Below, piece after piece: positions 41,818 to 52,751 of a DNA stretch of 64,000 nucleotides. Under the pieces are notes generated by a model. That model was not told where the DNA came from, ran no database searches, and saw only the letters and a list, made by a program, of their open reading frames with translations. Source of the DNA: an uncultured Clostridia bacterium (GTDB taxonomy: Bacteria; Bacillota; Clostridia; TANB77; CAG-508); the NCBI GenBank assembly GCA_944386325.1, contig CALXAP010000002.1:63030-127029 (forward strand). Direction: 5' to 3'. Positions within the stretch are counted from its first letter, which is position 1, and every line of letters starts with the position of its first letter. Position numbers and translations under genes: made by a program.

Positions 41818-42426
41818 TTACAAATTGGTTGGAAAAGAATTAGATTCTCTAGCCTTTTCTCCTTGCACTTTTTCTTCAATTTCTAACTGCTCATCTTTTA
41901 CACTTGGTAAATCTGGTAAATCATCCAAAGATGAGTATCCAAATAATTTTAAAAATTCATTTGTAACTTTATATGTCATTGGTTTTCCTGGTGCATCAGA
42001 CTTTCCAGCTTCTATAATTAAACCATAATCTAATAATTTATATATTACACCATCTGATGCAACTCCTCTTATTGAGTCTATTTCAGCTCTTGTTATTCTT
42101 GGGTTATATGCAATTATAGATAATATTTCTACCATTGCATTTGAAAGTGTTGGCTTTTTTCTTTTATCTACTAATTTATATATATAACTATAATATTCTT
42201 TCTTTGTACACATTTGATAAGTATTTTGAATTTTTATTATTTGTATTCCTCTATTTTTTTCCTCATATTCTAATCTCATTTGTTGAAGTATTAATTCAGC
42301 TTCTTTTCTATCCATATCTAGTATTTGCATTATTTCGTCTATCTTCACTGCTCTACCTGTTGCAAATAACATTGCTTCTATTATAGCTTTTTGCTCTTTT
42401 ATATCCATTTTTCTCACCTTTAACAT
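41818..42426 (-). CDS. scpB: segregation and condensation protein B
   Basis: IIEAMLFATGRAV...LSNAMVEILSIIAYNPRITRAEIDSIRGV winged-helix pattern of ScpB. Confidence 0.8.
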   Translation of the reverse strand: MLKVRKMDIKEQKAIIEAMLFATGRAVKIDEIMQILDMDRKEAELILQQMRLEYEEKNRGIQIIKIQNTYQMCTKKEYYSYIYKLVDKRKKPTLSNAMVEILSIIAYNPRITRAEIDSIRGVASDGVIYKLLDYGLIIEAGKSDAPGKPMTYKVTNEFLKLFGYSSLDDLPDLPSVKDEQLEIEEKVQGEKARESNSFPTNL

Positions 42427-42556
42427 TTTATATTATTACACTTATTGCCTTATATGTCAATAATTTTGACATGTTTGTTCTCTTATGCTATACTATACCT
42501 AATTTTAGCATAATTTAGTAAATTTTATATATATAATATTAATTGGAGGTTTAAAA

Positions 42557-42748
42557 ATGTCAGAAAAAGAAGATAAATTAGAAATTATAGAAGGTGATGG
42601 TTCAGGTATAAATATGTCACCAGTATCTAATTATATTATTTCTATGCAACCTAAAACTAAAAAGAAATCAAAAAATGTTGTTATTCCAAATGATTCTAAA
42701 AATAAGAAGAAATTTAACAAGAAAAAGAAAGATAACGAACAAATCTAA
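42557..42748 (+). CDS. small lysine-rich hypothetical protein
   Basis: 63 aa, strong RBS TTGGAGGT 8 nt upstream. Divergent from scpB. Confidence 0.4.
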   Translation: MSEKEDKLEIIEGDGSGINMSPVSNYIISMQPKTKKKSKNVVIPNDSKNKKKFNKKKKDNEQI

Positions 42749-42819
42749 CTTTGCTAGACCTTTTTCTAATTTTAATATTTTTTACATTAATTTAAGGTCT
42801 AGCAAGAAGCGTATAAGAT

Positions 42820-42905
42820 CTGTCGACGCGAAAAATTTCTTTGCAATTTTTTTGTGCATTTATTTTATTACTTTATAGGAAATTGCATTTCCTATAAAGT
42901 AAGAA
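42820..42905. repeat. AT-rich palindrome-containing intergenic repeat (family I), copy 1
   Basis: GACGCGAAAAATTTCTTTGCAATTTTTTTGTGCATTTATTTTATTACTTTATAGGAAATTGCATTTCCTATAAAGTAAGAAAAG is ~75% identical to 63035-63120. It contains the perfect palindrome TATAGGAAAT-TGC-ATTTCCTATA. Confidence 0.6.
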
Positions 42906-43115
42906 AAGAGGATATAACGAAATCAAAGATTTCTATATCCTCACATGTGCAAAATTGCTTCGCAATTTTACACAAATAAATGAACTTAACCTTGTTGTAT
43001 AGGAAATTTCTTTTGTTCTTTTTTATTGCTTACGCTTGCTAACACGCAAGCTATCAATAAAAAAGTCGATTTTTCCTATACAATAATAAAAGTGCAACTT
43101 TATAAAGCTGCACTT

Positions 43116-45164
43116 TTATAAATCAATTCTTTCTTTTAATTTACTATCAATAATCTTTTTAAATCTGATATTTTTTTCTAATTTTAGTTCTGGATCTTCA
43201 TTTAATATTTTAATAGCTATACTTTGTATACTTTTTAGCATTTCCATATCTTGATATATATTTGCTATTTTAAATTCTGGTAATCCATGCTGTTTTGTTC
43301 CAAAAAACTCTCCAGAACCTCTTAGTTCTAAATCTTTTTCAGAAATTACAAATCCGTCATTTGTATCTTGCATTATTTTCATTCTCTGTCTTATTACATC
43401 TGAATTTCCTTGATATTTTAATATACAGTATGATTTGTATTCTCCTCTTCCAACTCTACCTCTTAATTGATGTAACTGTGCTAAACCAAATCTTTCTGCA
43501 TTTTCTACAACCATAATACTAGCATTTGGCACATTTACTCCAACTTCAATAACTGTTGTAGATATTAAAATATCTATATTTCCTTTTTTAAATTCTTCCA
43601 TTATTTCATCTTTTTCTTTAGCTTTCATTTTTCCATGTAAATATTCTACTTTATAATCTTTAAAAATTTCATTTTTATATTTTTCAGCTAATTCTAAGAC
43701 AGATTTAGCATTTATTTCTTCACTTTCCTCAACTAAAGGACAAACAACATATACTTGTCTTCCTTCATTTATTTGCTTTTTTATAAAATTATTTACTCTA
43801 TTTTCTAAGCTCTTTGTAACTGCAAAAGTATCTATTTTCTTTCTATTTGGTGGAAGTTCATCAATTATTGAAATATCTAAATCCGCATATAATATTAATG
43901 CTAATGTTCTTGGAATAGGAGTAGCTGTCATAACTATAGTATCTGGATTTGTTCCTTTAGAAATTATTTTTTCTCTTTGTTTTACACCAAATCTATGTTG
44001 TTCATCTGTTACAACTAATCCTAATTTATTAAATACTACATTTTCTTCAAGTAATGCATGTGTACCAATTATTATATCTATTTCACCATTTTTTAATTTT
44101 TCTAGAATTTCATTTTTATTTTTCTTAGTTATAGAACTTATTAATAATTCACATTTAATATCATATTTAGAAAGTATTTTATTAAATTCCTCTAGGTGCT
44201 GACTTGCTAGAATTGCAGTTGGAGCCATTATAGCTACTTGCATTCCACTTTTAACAGCCTTATATGATGCAATGATTGAAACAACAGTCTTGCCTGAGCC
44301 CACATCACCTTGTAATAATCTATTCATGCATTTTTTACTTTCCATATCTGAATCAATTTCTTCTAAAACTCTTAATTGAGCTTTGGTTAATTTATATGGT
44401 AAATCATTTATAACATGAGACATTTTTATATTTTTATCAAATTGAATTCCATTCAATTCATTATTATAATTTTTCTTCAATTTCATTAATAATAATTGCA
44501 TTATCATTATTTCTTCAAATGCTAAACGCTTTCGTGCAATATTGTATTCAGAAAAATTATTTGGAAAATGTATTTTTTTTATTGCATATTCTAGATTACA
44601 CAAATTATATTCCTTTAAAATATAATCTGGCAATGTTTCTACTATTCTTCCACTAATTTCTTTTATTGCATTTTCCACAATCGCTCTTAACACATTTTGT
44701 GTTAAATTATTTGTTAGAGAATATATAGGAACTATTTTTCCAGTATTTTTAGAAACATTCATATCTTCAACTATAGGTGTATTCATCTCTAGTTTTCCAT
44801 ATTTATTACTCACTTTTCCATAAAATTTATATGTATTTCCTTGTCTAATTTTTTCTTTAATATATTCTTGATTATACCAAGTTATTTCACAATTATTACT
44901 ATTGTCTGATACAATTACCTTATATATTGTAAGACCTTTTCTTATTTTTCTTACAACTAATTTTGTTATAACTTTTGCAATAATTAATATTTCTTCTCCA
45001 TCATAAACATCACTTAATTTCTTAGTTTTGCTTCTATCTTCATATGTCCTTGGATAATAATTAATAACATCATTTAAAGTATGTATTCCAAGTTTATTTA
45101 ATAGCTTTACTCTTGCTGGTCCAACACCTTTTATGTATTGAATATTTTTATTTAAATCTAACAT
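43116..45164 (-). CDS. recG: ATP-dependent DNA helicase RecG
   Basis: Typical RecG N-terminus (IQYIKGVGPARVKLLNKLGI), DVGSGKT Walker A, DEQHRFG. 682 aa. Confidence 0.9.
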   Translation of the reverse strand: MLDLNKNIQYIKGVGPARVKLLNKLGIHTLNDVINYYPRTYEDRSKTKKLSDVYDGEEILIIAKVITKLVVRKIRKGLTIYKVIVSDNSNNCEITWYNQEYIKEKIRQGNTYKFYGKVSNKYGKLEMNTPIVEDMNVSKNTGKIVPIYSLTNNLTQNVLRAIVENAIKEISGRIVETLPDYILKEYNLCNLEYAIKKIHFPNNFSEYNIARKRLAFEEIMIMQLLLMKLKKNYNNELNGIQFDKNIKMSHVINDLPYKLTKAQLRVLEEIDSDMESKKCMNRLLQGDVGSGKTVVSIIASYKAVKSGMQVAIMAPTAILASQHLEEFNKILSKYDIKCELLISSITKKNKNEILEKLKNGEIDIIIGTHALLEENVVFNKLGLVVTDEQHRFGVKQREKIISKGTNPDTIVMTATPIPRTLALILYADLDISIIDELPPNRKKIDTFAVTKSLENRVNNFIKKQINEGRQVYVVCPLVEESEEINAKSVLELAEKYKNEIFKDYKVEYLHGKMKAKEKDEIMEEFKKGNIDILISTTVIEVGVNVPNASIMVVENAERFGLAQLHQLRGRVGRGEYKSYCILKYQGNSDVIRQRMKIMQDTNDGFVISEKDLELRGSGEFFGTKQHGLPEFKIANIYQDMEMLKSIQSIAIKILNEDPELKLEKNIRFKKIIDSKLKERIDL

Positions 45165-45203
45165 AATTTCTCCTATGAAAAATTTATTTATTCTTATTAT
45201 TTT

Positions 45204-45453
45204 GTTATAATTAACGGCATAAAATAATATAAAGAATTTGATATAATAATATTGAATAAATTTTGAATGTGATTGGAGATGTTTATAGAATTTGTTATAT
45301 AATTTAATGAGGAATGTTCATGGGCAAAATCTTTGATTTTGAGCCTGAATGAAAGAGGCTCATTTAATTATTTTACAAATTCTTAAATATCGTATTGAGC
45401 CGAAAAATTTATGAAATATTATTATTTCAAATTCATATAGCGTAAATTGTAAC
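45204..45453 (+). repeat. composite MITE-like element carrying the E module (copy 2)
   Basis: GTTATAATTAACGGC ... AGCGTAAATTGTAAC termini. Micro-ORF MGKIFDFEPE at 45319..45351. Confidence 0.8.
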
Positions 45454-45553
45454 TATTTTTTTACATTATATACTTTTATTTTTTTTCAATCAATATCTTT
45501 TTCACTCAAAACATGATATAATATATTTATGTAAATTTAAAGGAGGGTTTGTT

Positions 45554-45724
45554 ATGAAAGTTTTACTTACAGATTCCAATGATTGCATTATTTTTAATGA
45601 GCTTGGGCAAGAAGAAATTCTTCATAGTAATGAATTTCGGTCAATGTATTCAGAAATTTTCTATCGTTTAGAAAAGGAACGATATTTAGAAAGGAAAGGT
45701 AAAATAACGATAATAAAAAAATAA
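45554..45724 (+). CDS. 56-aa hypothetical protein (not in the ORF track because it is under 60 aa)
   Basis: AAAGGAGGG RBS 5-13 nt upstream of the ATG. The ORF reads MKVLLTDSNDCIIFNELGQEEILHSNEFRSMYSEIFYRLEKERYLERKGKITIIKK. Followed by the terminator hairpin AAAAATGAGCTTT-ATTCCA-AAGCTCATTTTTAA (45733-45765). Confidence 0.4.
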   Translation: MKVLLTDSNDCIIFNELGQEEILHSNEFRSMYSEIFYRLEKERYLERKGKITIIKK

Positions 45725-45825
45725 TAAACCCTAAAAATGAGCTTTTATTCCAAAGCTCATTTTTAATTTATACAATAAAATAGCCTGTATTCTAAGATAC
45801 AAGCTATTTACATAAATTTTTATAT

Positions 45826-45902
45826 TGGTAGCGAAGATGTGATTCGAACACATGACCCTTCGGGTATGAACCGAATGCTCTAGCCAACTGAGCTACTTCG
45901 CC
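45826..45902 (-). tRNA. tRNA-Met (CAU anticodon; could alternatively be tRNA-Ile2 or an initiator-type, not distinguishable here)
   Basis: Reverse complement GGCGAAGTAGCTCAGTTGGCTAGAGCATTCGGTTCATACCCGAAGGGTCATGTGTTCGAATCACATCTTCGCTACCA folds as a cloverleaf. 7-bp acceptor stem with G1-U72. Anticodon loop TTCATAC. T-loop GTTCGAATC. Encoded CCA. Confidence 0.85.
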
Positions 45903-46006
45903 ATTTACAACACTTAGTATTATACTGGTTTTTTACTATTTTGTCAATAAAAATTGTAAAATAAAATATTAATATTTTATTTTACAATTTTTTAGAAGTA
46001 TTTCAT

Positions 46007-46363
46007 CTACTCACCTATTTCCCTATCATATCTTTTATTTTTATATTTATTCTTCTCATTTATTTCTATTGTCTTATTTTTTAATTTTATTTCTTTTTTA
46101 ATTTTTGAACTATTACTAGTATTACCTTTCTTCTTATTTTTTATGATAAAATCTTTTCCTTCTTCTAAGCTAGTAGATTTAATTACTTCTACTTCCTTTG
46201 CTAAGTCTTCATCATTTGGCTCATTTTCAAGAATAACTCCAAATGTATTCTTAAAAAATTCTTTGATCGGACTTATTATTCTTTTTTCTTTTTCCATTTC
46301 TTTTTTCATAAATTCTATATTAATATATTTATGAATACACCTCTTTCTTCTATTTTTTGCCAT
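46007..46363 (-). CDS. lysine-rich hypothetical protein
   Basis: 118 aa, highly basic, with K/N/E low complexity. Confidence 0.35.
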   Translation of the reverse strand: MAKNRRKRCIHKYINIEFMKKEMEKEKRIISPIKEFFKNTFGVILENEPNDEDLAKEVEVIKSTSLEEGKDFIIKNKKKGNTSNSSKIKKEIKLKNKTIEINEKNKYKNKRYDREIGE

Positions 46364-46413
46364 TAGACAAATATTAGATATAGTTTACCATAAATACATA
46401 AAAAATGCAAGTT

Positions 46414-47529
46414 TTAACTCATATAATCTTTTAATCTTTTGCTTCTACTTGGATGTCTTAGTTTTCTTAATGCTTTTGCTTCTATTTGTCTTATTCTTTC
46501 TCTTGTAACCATGAATTCTTTTCCCACTTCTTCTAATGTTCTTGCTTTTCCATCTTCTAATCCAAATCTTAATTTTAAAACTTTTGCTTCTCTTGGAGTT
46601 AAAGTATTCATAACTTCTTCTAATTGTTCTTTTAAAAGAGTATATGCTGCTGAGTCGTGTGGTGCTGGTGAGTCTTCATCTTGTATAAAATCACCTAAAT
46701 GGCTATCATCTTCTTCTCCTATTGGAGTTTCTAGTGATACAGGATCTTGTGCTATTTTTTGTATTTCCATTACTTTTTCTACTGGCATCTCTAATTCTTT
46801 TGCTAATTCTTCTGGAGTTGGTTCTCTTCCCATTTGTTGTAATAGATGTCTTGATGTACGTATAAGTTTATTAATTGTTTCAACCATATGAACTGGTATT
46901 CTTATAGTTCTTGCTTGATCTGCAATAGCTCTAGTAATAGCTTGTCTAATCCACCATGTAGCATATGTGCTGAATTTATATCCTTTTGTATAATCAAATT
47001 TTTCTACAGCTTTTATTAACCCCATATTTCCTTCTTGAATTAAATCCAAGAATAACATTCCTCTTCCAACATATTTTTTTGCAATACTAACAACTAATCT
47101 TAAATTTGATTCTGCGAGTTTTTGCTTTGCTTCTTCGTCTCCTTCTAAAACTTTCTTCGCTAATTCTAACTCTTCATCATATGATAATAATGGGATTTTT
47201 CCTATTTCTCTTAAATACATTCTTACAGGATCATCTATATTTGTATTTTCTACTATATTCTCATTTATATCTTCTAATGGTATATCTTCAACTTCCTCTA
47301 AATCTTCTAGATCTGGCTCCTCTTCTATATCATCTTTTAATACATTTACACCATACTTTTCGAAAGCATCAAATATTTTATCAATTTCCTTTGGGTTTAC
47401 ATCTACTAATTCATTTGCTAATTCACCATATGTTATTTTTCCATTATCTTTTGCTTTTTTTATTATTTTATTTATTTTCTCCTCTGTAACCCCTTTATCA
47501 TTGTCTTTTATTTCTTCTTTTTTTCCCAT
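46414..47529 (-). CDS. sigA: RNA polymerase sigma factor SigA/RpoD (sigma-70)
   Basis: Region 2 [41 protein letters not shown] and region 4 motifs. 371 aa. Downstream of dnaG, as in the MMS operon. Confidence 0.95.
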   Translation of the reverse strand: MGKKEEIKDNDKGVTEEKINKIIKKAKDNGKITYGELANELVDVNPKEIDKIFDAFEKYGVNVLKDDIEEEPDLEDLEEVEDIPLEDINENIVENTNIDDPVRMYLREIGKIPLLSYDEELELAKKVLEGDEEAKQKLAESNLRLVVSIAKKYVGRGMLFLDLIQEGNMGLIKAVEKFDYTKGYKFSTYATWWIRQAITRAIADQARTIRIPVHMVETINKLIRTSRHLLQQMGREPTPEELAKELEMPVEKVMEIQKIAQDPVSLETPIGEEDDSHLGDFIQDEDSPAPHDSAAYTLLKEQLEEVMNTLTPREAKVLKLRFGLEDGKARTLEEVGKEFMVTRERIRQIEAKALRKLRHPSRSKRLKDYMS

Positions 47530-47539
47530 TTTATACCTC

Positions 47540-49330
47540 CTATTTTAGCTTAGATATTTTATTAATAACATCAATCAGTTCACTCTCTAATTTTTTACTA
47601 TCTTCAATAGATAAATTTTCACTACTTATTTTATTTAAAATTAAACTCTTTTTTTCTAATAGCTTATCCTTTTGAAAATTTAACATTATGTCTTTAATAC
47701 CTTTATTTATATCAGTAATTTCTAAGTTTTCAGACATTATTCCAGTTATATAATCTACATCTGATTGTTCAAATAAATTTAATAAGCTATTTATATTAAT
47801 ATTTCCCTTTTCAAATTCTTCATACAGTTTTTTTACTATATTTTTATTTTTATCTATTTTTATATCATCTAGTTCAATTACATTTTTTACTTCACTATAT
47901 GTTTCTTTCGGGTAATTTATTAATAACCATATTAACATTTTTTCTCTTTTTAAATCGTTTTCTGTAATATTTTTATCCATTGTTTTTTGGTTTATACTTT
48001 TAAAATTATTTCGTTTTATTTCCAATGTTTTTTGCCCTTGTGAATTTGAATATATTAATTTATTAATCTGAGAATATATCGCTTCTTTTGTTATATTATA
48101 CTCTTTTGAAATTTTATCTATATATATTTCTTGTTCCATTTTATTATCTATATTAGAAATTATTTTAGAAATTTCTAATAAGAATTTTATTTTGTCATTA
48201 ACATTTTCCAAATTCATATTATTTCTTAGAGTTTTAATTTTAAATTCAACTAATGAAATTGCTTTATCTACTAATAAATTAAACCTTCCACTTCCGTATT
48301 TTATAACATATTCATCTGGATCTTTTGCACCATCCATCTGTAATATTCTTATATCACAACCTAAATTATTAAGAATTTCTAATCCTCTCATTGTAGCATT
48401 TTGCCCTGCTGAATCAGAATCGTAACCTATTATAATTTTTTCTCCATACCTTCTAAGTAATCTTCCTTGCGCTTCAGTTAAAGCTGTACCCAAAGATGCA
48501 ACTGCATTACTTATTCCCCTTTGATGTAAAGATATACAATCCATATATCCTTCTACTATAATAATATCTTTAGCATTACTTTTTCTAGCTACATTTAATC
48601 CATATAGATGTCTACCTTTAGAATAAATAAGACCCTCTGGAGAATTTATATATTTAGGAAGAGAATCATCTAATACTCTTCCTCCAAAAGCTATTACTCT
48701 ATTTTTTATATCTTGTATTGGAAATATAAGTCTTTTTCTAAATCTATCTATATATCTTCCATCTTGTGTTTTGTTTACCAAATTAGATTTTAATATTTCC
48801 TCATCTTTAAATCCATGCTCTTTCAGATATTTATATAAAACATTACTTGAAGATGAATATCCTATCAAAAAGTTTTTTAAAGTATTATTATCTAATTTTC
48901 TTTTCTTTATATATTCTTGTGCTGTTTTTGATTCTGGTTTATATAAATTCTCATGATAAAATTTAGCTACAATCTCGTTTATTTTATAAATTTTTGACTT
49001 TAATTCTATTATTTCATTACTTTCCTCATTATCTAATTTAGGTAGTTGTACATTTCCTCTTTCTGCTAATATTTGTAAAGTTTCTACAAAGTTTATTCCC
49101 TCAATTTTGCTCAAAAAGTGTATTACATTACCTCCGACTCCACAACCAAAGCAGTGAAATATTTGCTTATCTGGTGAAACAGAAAAAGAAGGTGATTTTT
49201 CTTTATGGAAAGGACACAATCCAAAAAAGTTTCTTCCACTTCTTTTTAATGTTACATATTGTGAAACAACATCGACTATATCATTTGCATTTCTAACTTC
49301 TTCTATTATTTCTTCACTATATCGTACCAT
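47540..49330 (-). CDS. dnaG: DNA primase DnaG
   Basis: Zinc-ribbon [26 protein letters not shown] and a TOPRIM domain (EGYMDCIS...DSDSAG). Confidence 0.9.
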   Translation of the reverse strand: MVRYSEEIIEEVRNANDIVDVVSQYVTLKRSGRNFFGLCPFHKEKSPSFSVSPDKQIFHCFGCGVGGNVIHFLSKIEGINFVETLQILAERGNVQLPKLDNEESNEIIELKSKIYKINEIVAKFYHENLYKPESKTAQEYIKKRKLDNNTLKNFLIGYSSSSNVLYKYLKEHGFKDEEILKSNLVNKTQDGRYIDRFRKRLIFPIQDIKNRVIAFGGRVLDDSLPKYINSPEGLIYSKGRHLYGLNVARKSNAKDIIIVEGYMDCISLHQRGISNAVASLGTALTEAQGRLLRRYGEKIIIGYDSDSAGQNATMRGLEILNNLGCDIRILQMDGAKDPDEYVIKYGSGRFNLLVDKAISLVEFKIKTLRNNMNLENVNDKIKFLLEISKIISNIDNKMEQEIYIDKISKEYNITKEAIYSQINKLIYSNSQGQKTLEIKRNNFKSINQKTMDKNITENDLKREKMLIWLLINYPKETYSEVKNVIELDDIKIDKNKNIVKKLYEEFEKGNININSLLNLFEQSDVDYITGIMSENLEITDINKGIKDIMLNFQKDKLLEKKSLILNKISSENLSIEDSKKLESELIDVINKISKLK

Positions 49331-49517
49331 AGTCTCAACCTCTTTTAATATTATTCGACAGTTTTTAAATAAATCCTTCTATTTTTTGTCTTTTGAGTCA
49401 TATTTCATGTTTAGAATTTTATTTTTTATAATAATTATTGTTTCTTATATTATTCGCTATATTTACATATATTAACAAAAATTATTTTGGCACAATATAT
49501 ATTTTTTTATTCTACAA

Positions 49518-50198
49518 CTAATTTTCTATTATATTTTTTACTTTTTCTTCAATCTCCTCACTTATTTCATCTATTTCTCTTACTTTCCCACCTTCAACAC
49601 ATTTTATTTCTTCCCAATTATATATTTTTGCAAGTTCACATGCTGTATCATAAGATTTTTTCATATACTCCATATTTTTTTCATGTATATCTTCTTTTTT
49701 ATATTCAAATCTATTATCCCTATTTTTTAATAATTTACTAGAATATTCTATTGGCATATTTAAAAATATAACTTTATCTGGCTTAGGAATTTTATAAATA
49801 TTATATTCTAAATCAAAAAGCCAATTTAAAAACTTTTTTTGTTCTTCTTTATCGCTTATTTTACTTGCTTGATGTAACATATTAGAGCTAACATATCTAT
49901 CTGAAATAACAATTCCACCATCATTATAAAACTTACCAAAATCTGTTATGTATGCAGCATATCTATCCACTGCAAAAAAAGTTGAAGCAATATATGGACT
50001 TACATCCATTGCATTATCTCCAAATTCTCCATCTAAATACATTTTTACCAAACTAGATGATGGTTTTTCATAACATGGAAATGATATTGTTCTATAATTT
50101 AACTTTCTTTCTTCTAATTTTTTAGCTAATAAATTCATTTGCGTATTTTTTCCACTTCCATCTGTTCCTTCTATAACAATAATTTTTCCTTTTTTCAT
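49518..50198 (-). CDS. thymidylate kinase family protein (Tmk-like)
   Basis: IVIEGTDGSGKNTQ P-loop as in dTMP kinase, followed by DRY-like VISDRYVSS. 226 aa. Confidence 0.55.
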   Translation of the reverse strand: MKKGKIIVIEGTDGSGKNTQMNLLAKKLEERKLNYRTISFPCYEKPSSSLVKMYLDGEFGDNAMDVSPYIASTFFAVDRYAAYITDFGKFYNDGGIVISDRYVSSNMLHQASKISDKEEQKKFLNWLFDLEYNIYKIPKPDKVIFLNMPIEYSSKLLKNRDNRFEYKKEDIHEKNMEYMKKSYDTACELAKIYNWEEIKCVEGGKVREIDEISEEIEEKVKNIIEN

Positions 50199-50330
50199 AA
50201 TATTCCTCCAAATTTATCTATTTTATATAAAATTCCTATTGCAAAACTCGTGACATTATGTAATAATATGTGTAAAAGTGAAATCTTATATTTACTTTTA
50301 TTATAATACTAAAGAAAGGATGAAAAAACA

Positions 50331-51020
50331 ATGGAAAAAAATTTATTAGTTAGAGATTTATTTAAGAAATATCAAAAATATTACATACCAATACTTTTTG
50401 TTTTTGTTGTTGTAATTTTTGCATTATTTATACTTTTTAATAATTTAGCTAATATTGCTATTAATACAACAGGAACAACAGATGCTAATGTTATCTCTTC
50501 TATAAAGTATGATTTTATAGGTGTACAACTTTTACGTTTTATAACATTTTTATTAGCATGTGTACTACCAATAATATTAGCTTTAATAATGGGTACATAT
50601 AGCAGTAAACAAGAAGTAGATAAAAGTAATATTGGAGGAAGTCAATTATTTTCTACTAGAATAGTAACTGGTTCATTATTTATTTTAATACCTTTCTTAA
50701 TAAATCTATTAATTTATTTTATTTTAAATATTTCAGGATTTTTTGGAAGTTTTTATAATTCATCTATGGGACAAATGCTTATAATGACTATTTTTGGATT
50801 AGTATTAAGTATGTTAGCGTTTCTACTAATATGTACAATTAATATAGCATTAAAAAATAGAATTGTTGATTCATTATTAACACTTGCTATAGTATTGTTT
50901 ATAACTCATGTATTTTACAATTATAGTATAAATCCAATTATCTTAATAGTAATTATAGTTTTTGTATGGCTAGCTTTATTATTCTTAGGATATTCAATGA
51001 GCAAGAAAAAAGATAGATAG
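50331..51020 (+). CDS. polytopic membrane protein, unknown function
   Basis: 229 aa with 5-6 predicted hydrophobic helices and a C-terminal KKKDR. Confidence 0.45.
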   Translation: MEKNLLVRDLFKKYQKYYIPILFVFVVVIFALFILFNNLANIAINTTGTTDANVISSIKYDFIGVQLLRFITFLLACVLPIILALIMGTYSSKQEVDKSNIGGSQLFSTRIVTGSLFILIPFLINLLIYFILNISGFFGSFYNSSMGQMLIMTIFGLVLSMLAFLLICTINIALKNRIVDSLLTLAIVLFITHVFYNYSINPIILIVIIVFVWLALLFLGYSMSKKKDR

Positions 51021-51067
51021 ATAAAAAATAAAACATACTAAATTTTGAATTTAGTATGTTTTATTTT

Positions 51068-51601
51068 TTAATAATTTTCCGCTTTTATTTCAAAGAATGA
51101 TTGAGGATGATTACATGCAGGACATACATCTGGAGCTTCTTTACTTACATGTATATATCCACAATTTCTACATTTCCATATATAAACATCATCTCTTTTA
51201 AATACTTTTCCTTCTTCTAGATTTTTTAATAATTTTCTAAATCTCTCTTCATGCTCTTTTTCTATTGAAGCTATCATTCTGAATTTTTCTGCAATCTCTG
51301 TGAATCCTTCTTCTTCAGCATCTTTTGCAAAATCTTCATACATTGTTACCCACTCATAATTTTCACCTTTTGCAGCATCTAATAAATTTTCCTTTGTATT
51401 TCCTATTCCACTTAAATATTTTAAATGTATTTTAGCATGTTCTTTTTCATTATCTGCAGTTTCTTGAAATAAACTTGCTATTTGTTCATATCCTTCTTTT
51501 TTTGCTACACTTGCATAAAATGTATATCTTGTTCTAGCTTGTGATTCTCCTGAAAAAGCATCTCTTAAATTTCTCTCTGTTTTTGAACCTTTTAATTCCA
51601 T
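51068..51601 (-). CDS. rbr: rubrerythrin
   Basis: Ferritin-like diiron EKEHAKIH / EKEHEERF motifs plus a C-terminal rubredoxin-like CRNCGY...CPACNHP. Confidence 0.85.
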   Translation of the reverse strand: MELKGSKTERNLRDAFSGESQARTRYTFYASVAKKEGYEQIASLFQETADNEKEHAKIHLKYLSGIGNTKENLLDAAKGENYEWVTMYEDFAKDAEEEGFTEIAEKFRMIASIEKEHEERFRKLLKNLEEGKVFKRDDVYIWKCRNCGYIHVSKEAPDVCPACNHPQSFFEIKAENY

Positions 51602-51711
51602 TTAATTACCTCCTTTAATTTTCATCATTTTATAACATTAATATTTAATTGTCAATGATATTTTTAAATGATATTAATTATCATATTTTTTACTTATCAC
51701 TTAAAAATATA

Positions 51712-52560
51712 TTATATACATATTAAATTATATACAAATGTTGTAAATATACATAATACTATTCCACATATTGTAGGCAATACGAATGCTAATGCTGCCC
51801 ATCTCCATTTTCCACTTTCTTTTTTTATGGTAAGTAATGTAGTACTACAAGGGAAATGTAATAAACAAATTATCATTGTATTAATAGCTGTTAATATAGT
51901 CCAGCCATTTTGAACTAAAATTTCTCCTATACTTGCTATATCATCTATTTTTATTAGTTGATTATTTGCTAAATAACTCATTAATATTATTGGTAGTACA
52001 ATTTCATTTGCAGGTAATCCAAGTATAAAAGCTGTTAATATATATCCATCTAATCCCATAATTTGTGCAAATGGATTTAAAAAATTAGCAATATAATTTA
52101 ATAATGTAATATCATTTATTGATAAATTTGCAAGTAACCATATTACAATTCCAGCAGGTGCAGCAATTAATACTGCTCTACCTAATACAAATATAATTTT
52201 ATTTATTACTGATTGTATTATTGTTTTTATTATCTGTGGTTTTCTATATGGTGGTAATTCTAAGACAAAAGAAGTTTTTTCAACTTTTAAAATCGTTTTA
52301 GATAAAATTTTAGATATTATTAATGTTAATATTATTCCTATTAATACTATTACCAGAACTACTATTGTAGAAATAATTGAACTATATTGATTTGTAAAAT
52401 ATGCAGCTATAAAAATACTTGATATAGTTATAAGCATTGGAAATCTTCCATTGCACGGAACAAATGCATTTGTAACCATTGCTATTATTTTTTCTTTTGT
52501 AGAATTTATAATTCTACATCCTACTACTCCAGCTGCATTACAACCAAATCCCATGCACAT
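51712..52560 (-). pseudogene. feoB: feoB C-terminal membrane-domain fragment (ferrous iron transporter B), separated from its N-terminal half by the inserted element
   Basis: Starts MCMGFGCNAAGVVGC (FeoB gate motif GFGCN). No RBS upstream. The first 4 residues duplicate the last in-frame host residues of the N-terminal fragment at 60565-60579. Confidence 0.75.
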
Positions 52561-52751
52561 GGTAGTAACAATATTGGTACATGTTTACAAGTTATGATAA
52601 TAAGTTTATAATTAATAGTAAACGACTGACGAATGCTGTTCGTCAGTCGTTTACTATTAATTTATTGTAATTCAGTAGAAAATTTACTAATATAAAAATT
52701 AAATCTATTTTTATGCAGTAATATTAATTTATATAAATATTTAAAAATACA

